From: Bugula neritina
Taxonomy: Eukaryota > Animalia > Bryozoa
DNA: 64,000 nucleotides
Assembly: GCA_964035545.1 (NCBI GenBank)
Contig: OZ037771.1
Coordinates: 9,355,408 to 9,419,407 of the forward strand
Reading direction: 5' to 3'
The notes under the pieces were generated by a model. It made no database searches, was not told where the DNA came from, and saw only the letters and a program-made list of their open reading frames with translations. The stretch's first letter is position 1, and each line of letters opens with the position of its first letter. This document shows positions 62,701-64,000 of the stretch, in pieces. Made by a program: the position numbers and the translations under genes.

Positions 62701-62830
62701 ATTTGTTGTTCTAAAATACATAATACTATTAATACTCTTGTAGGATTTAGGCATTACTAAAGTAGGACATGTCAAAAGGTTGCAAAGTGCACTAAAATCT
62801 CAAAACCTGGGAAGAGATTCCAGCAGCTAG
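32790..62830 (+). CDS. DGKH: Type II diacylglycerol kinase (eta/delta-like: PH, 2 x C1, split catalytic domain, SAM), ~1252 aa. 29 exons starting at 32790, 36755, 38799, 39984, 40190, 42899, 43134, 43640, 44519, 45705, 47482, 47842, 49624, 51061, 51433, 51869, 52799, 53318, 53551, 54950, 55417, 55807, 56399, 56758, 57183, 57389, 58801, 60020, 62744
   Basis: IKEGYL/KWKKRYF (PH); [13 protein letters not shown] and HQWMEGN (C1); [58 protein letters not shown]; [25 protein letters not shown]. All 28 junctions are phase-consistent. Eta versus delta orthology cannot be resolved here. Confidence 0.95.
33383..35946. mobile_element. 2.56-kb non-autonomous TIR DNA transposon with CAC ends (CMC/EnSpm-like) in DGK intron 1
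   Basis: Left end CACAGTTAGTTTAAGGTCA and right end TGACCTTAAACTAACTGTG form a perfect 19-bp inverted pair, with imperfect extension through GATAGCTCGAACAG/CTGTTCGAGCTATC. TT on both flanks. No long ORF inside. Confidence 0.8.
34280..34362 (-). other. tRNA-derived Pol III promoter-like segment (pseudo-tRNA or SINE head)
   Basis: Minus strand: TGGTCTAGAGG (A box) ... GGTTCAATCC (B box) ... run of T. No convincing acceptor stem. Confidence 0.6.
38061..38244. repeat. (ACT/GCT)n trinucleotide microsatellite
   Basis: Intronic triplet run. Confidence 0.97.
38924..39662. repeat. 38-bp minisatellite (AGAGTAATAGCTGTATATCATAATAATCTGTAGAGTAT) x~19
   Basis: Near-perfect tandem array starting ~60 nt after the DGK exon 3 donor. 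Confidence 0.97.
40941..41402. repeat. 15-bp minisatellite (ACTTACAGTAGTGTG)
   Basis: Tandem array; source of the spurious VTYSS ORF. Confidence 0.97.
43399..43641 (+). repeat. ~57-bp tandem repeat that includes the DGK exon 8 acceptor
   Basis: Five copies of TTTCACTG(CTG)TAG|AT, with AG ending at 43412, 43470, 43526, 43584 and 43639. Confidence 0.92.
44180..44516. repeat. 20-bp repeat (TATAACTGTGTCTACTTGTA) grading into TA/TATG low-complexity sequence up to the exon 9 acceptor
   Basis: Seen directly in the sequence. Confidence 0.9.
45262..45537. mobile_element. Foldback-type MITE with tandem subterminal repeats
   Basis: Left GGTAAAAATGGC-type repeats are mirrored by right GCCATTTTTACC-type repeats around a C/A-rich AACCCT-like spacer. 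Flanks GTGTGGTAGTG / GTGTGGAGTG may be a TSD. Confidence 0.7.
46415..47020. repeat. 14-bp minisatellite (TACTGGTGGTACTM)
   Basis: Tandem array; stop-free in all three + frames, giving spurious ORFs. Confidence 0.97.
49095..49568. mobile_element. MITE with repeated subterminal motifs
   Basis: TTCAGATAGACGACTTCCAG on the left versus CTGGAAGTCATCTATCTGAA on the right; internal TTCCAGTTAGACGAC / GTCGTCTAAGTGGAA mirrored repeats. Confidence 0.75.
49705..49926 (+). repeat. 57-bp tandem duplication of the DGK exon 13 3' end plus its donor (3 good copies, 1 degenerate)
   Basis: AGTTCTAATGATAACCTAACTGTGATAAACCACTCMAAGTGAGTCACTATTA at 49705, 49762 and 49819. Confidence 0.92.
51325..51400. repeat. 13-bp repeat (TAACTTACATCTC)
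   Basis: About 6 units ending ~30 nt before the exon 15 acceptor. Confidence 0.85.
53997..54575 (-). mobile_element. RTE-clade LINE, 5'-truncated 3' end
   Basis: [50 protein letters not shown] (RTE C-terminal region), followed by a short 3' UTR and an (ATAGA)-like tail. Confidence 0.9.
57476..58795 (+). repeat. 44-bp minisatellite x30 making up essentially all of DGK intron 26
   Basis: Unit GTRAGACATCATTGCATTRTATATTATATATTAGTARCTCTACT; the intron spans 57476-58800. Confidence 0.97.
61010..61458. mobile_element. MITE related to the 5383-5728 element, nested in the RTE remnant
   Basis: Imperfect TIRs GTGTAGGGCCACAC / GTGGCCTTACGC; shares the internal CTAATTGGCTGGT..TTAGCGAGCACA motif in reverse orientation. 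Confidence 0.6.
61461..61903. mobile_element. Possible second adjacent MITE
   Basis: Short TIR GTGTTTATAC / GTATAAACGC around a CpG-richer insert inside the RTE remnant. Confidence 0.35.
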
Positions 62831-63754
62831 TGAGTCATACTTGCTGAGCCAGATCTGTGGTGATTGGCTCATTATTTCCTTATTCACATTGACTCACTTC
62901 TTACTCATATCTGTGTCAATCATTAGTAGCTAGTTAGTGACTCCCATGAGCTATCACAGTTTTTCTAGTTTCTTCTAATTTGATATATACTAATAATTTT
63001 TATTGTAAATTCCATTCTTTTTTTTGCTGACGCCTGCGTTTTGTAGATTGATTATATTAATGTAATCTTTTGGTCATGTCTTTATTTAGCTAGCTGGGGC
63101 TAAAATGGTATTATTTGCCATTTTGTTAGAGCTATGCAATTTTCATTATTTATATCGTTGAAAATATGTAAGCAAAGTTCTGAATGATATTGTGATTATT
63201 TATTGTTGCTAGATATTACATGGTCTTGAAAGTTTGTGGAGAATTATTTGTACCACTATAAAACACACTTATATTTTTATTTACTTCTTTGTTTTCTTCA
63301 CAATAACAAAACAGCAGTTTCTAGTTGTGACTGGTTGTTAGCTTTGCTCTTGTGAAATTCAATGACTGGTGATGGCTAGAAAACCCGCTAGTGTTACACC
63401 CTATTGGTTATTCTTTATAATTTGTGTTTTCTCACATTTAGCGGCTAGCCAGCTTGGCAAACTATTTATGCATACATTTGATTTGTTTTATTTATAACTC
63501 TAAAGTCTCTGCTGGCCAGGATTTTTATTTTTTCTGGTTTCTGGTCTTTGTTTACTATTATGCTGGTTTTATTAATAGTATTTTAAAACAATTAAATTAA
63601 GTAGATTTCTAGCATTGATCATGGCTATATAGCAGGTGATTATTTTCTTTTTGTAAACTATTGTGATACTTTATTTTGAAAATAACTTTTTCATGTTATG
63701 TGCTGTCATTGTATTTTGTTTTCTATAAATTTAAATCATGGATTTTTATATGAT

Positions 63755-63764
63755 AATAAATAAA
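63755..63764 (+). terminator. Candidate polyadenylation signal of the DGK gene
   Basis: Overlapping AATAAATAAA after a ~920-nt T-rich 3' UTR. Confidence 0.5.
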
Positions 63765-64000
63765 ATATATACTTCAAGTGCAACAAACAATGCATTTTTA
63801 AAAAAATATTTTGGTGATTGTTGTGGCAATAGATGTAGTATCAAGCAGGCTGTTTACCACTTCTATTGTAGGCAAGTAAGTTATCATAAATTTTACCTTG
63901 TATAAGAAGCAAAATAATTTAAAATGTGGCAAGTTGCAATTCAGCAGGAAAATATGTCATTTTGTATACTTACTTCTGGAGTCCTGCAGTTATGTCGTGT

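Overview
AT-rich, intron-rich animal (invertebrate-type) genomic DNA, not prokaryotic. I reconstructed five spliced genes by hand with phase-consistent GT-AG junctions: (1) a TMEM272-like membrane protein (+, ~480-9541) with probable alternative first coding exons; (2) an RNF26-like membrane RING E3 ligase (+, 15016-19111); (3) an unrecognised single-pass Cys-rich membrane protein (-, 22350-19791) whose frame seems to need two microexons; (4) RanGAP1 (-, 30539-23102); (5) a 29-exon type II diacylglycerol kinase, DGK eta/delta-like (+, 32790-62830), head-to-head with RanGAP1. Mobile DNA includes a 5'-truncated Gypsy element with PPT/LTR and a candidate spliced accessory ORF, two RTE LINE fragments, tRNA-derived SINE-like copies, a 2.6 kb CAC-ended TIR element and several MITEs. 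The most striking unexplained pattern is that unrelated minisatellites repeatedly start at, end at or span splice sites. One 1325-nt intron is just 30 copies of its own first 44 nt plus the acceptor. A second pattern is strand-symmetric hexamer-periodic tracts flanking the presumed promoters. All gene models are manual and lack transcript support.
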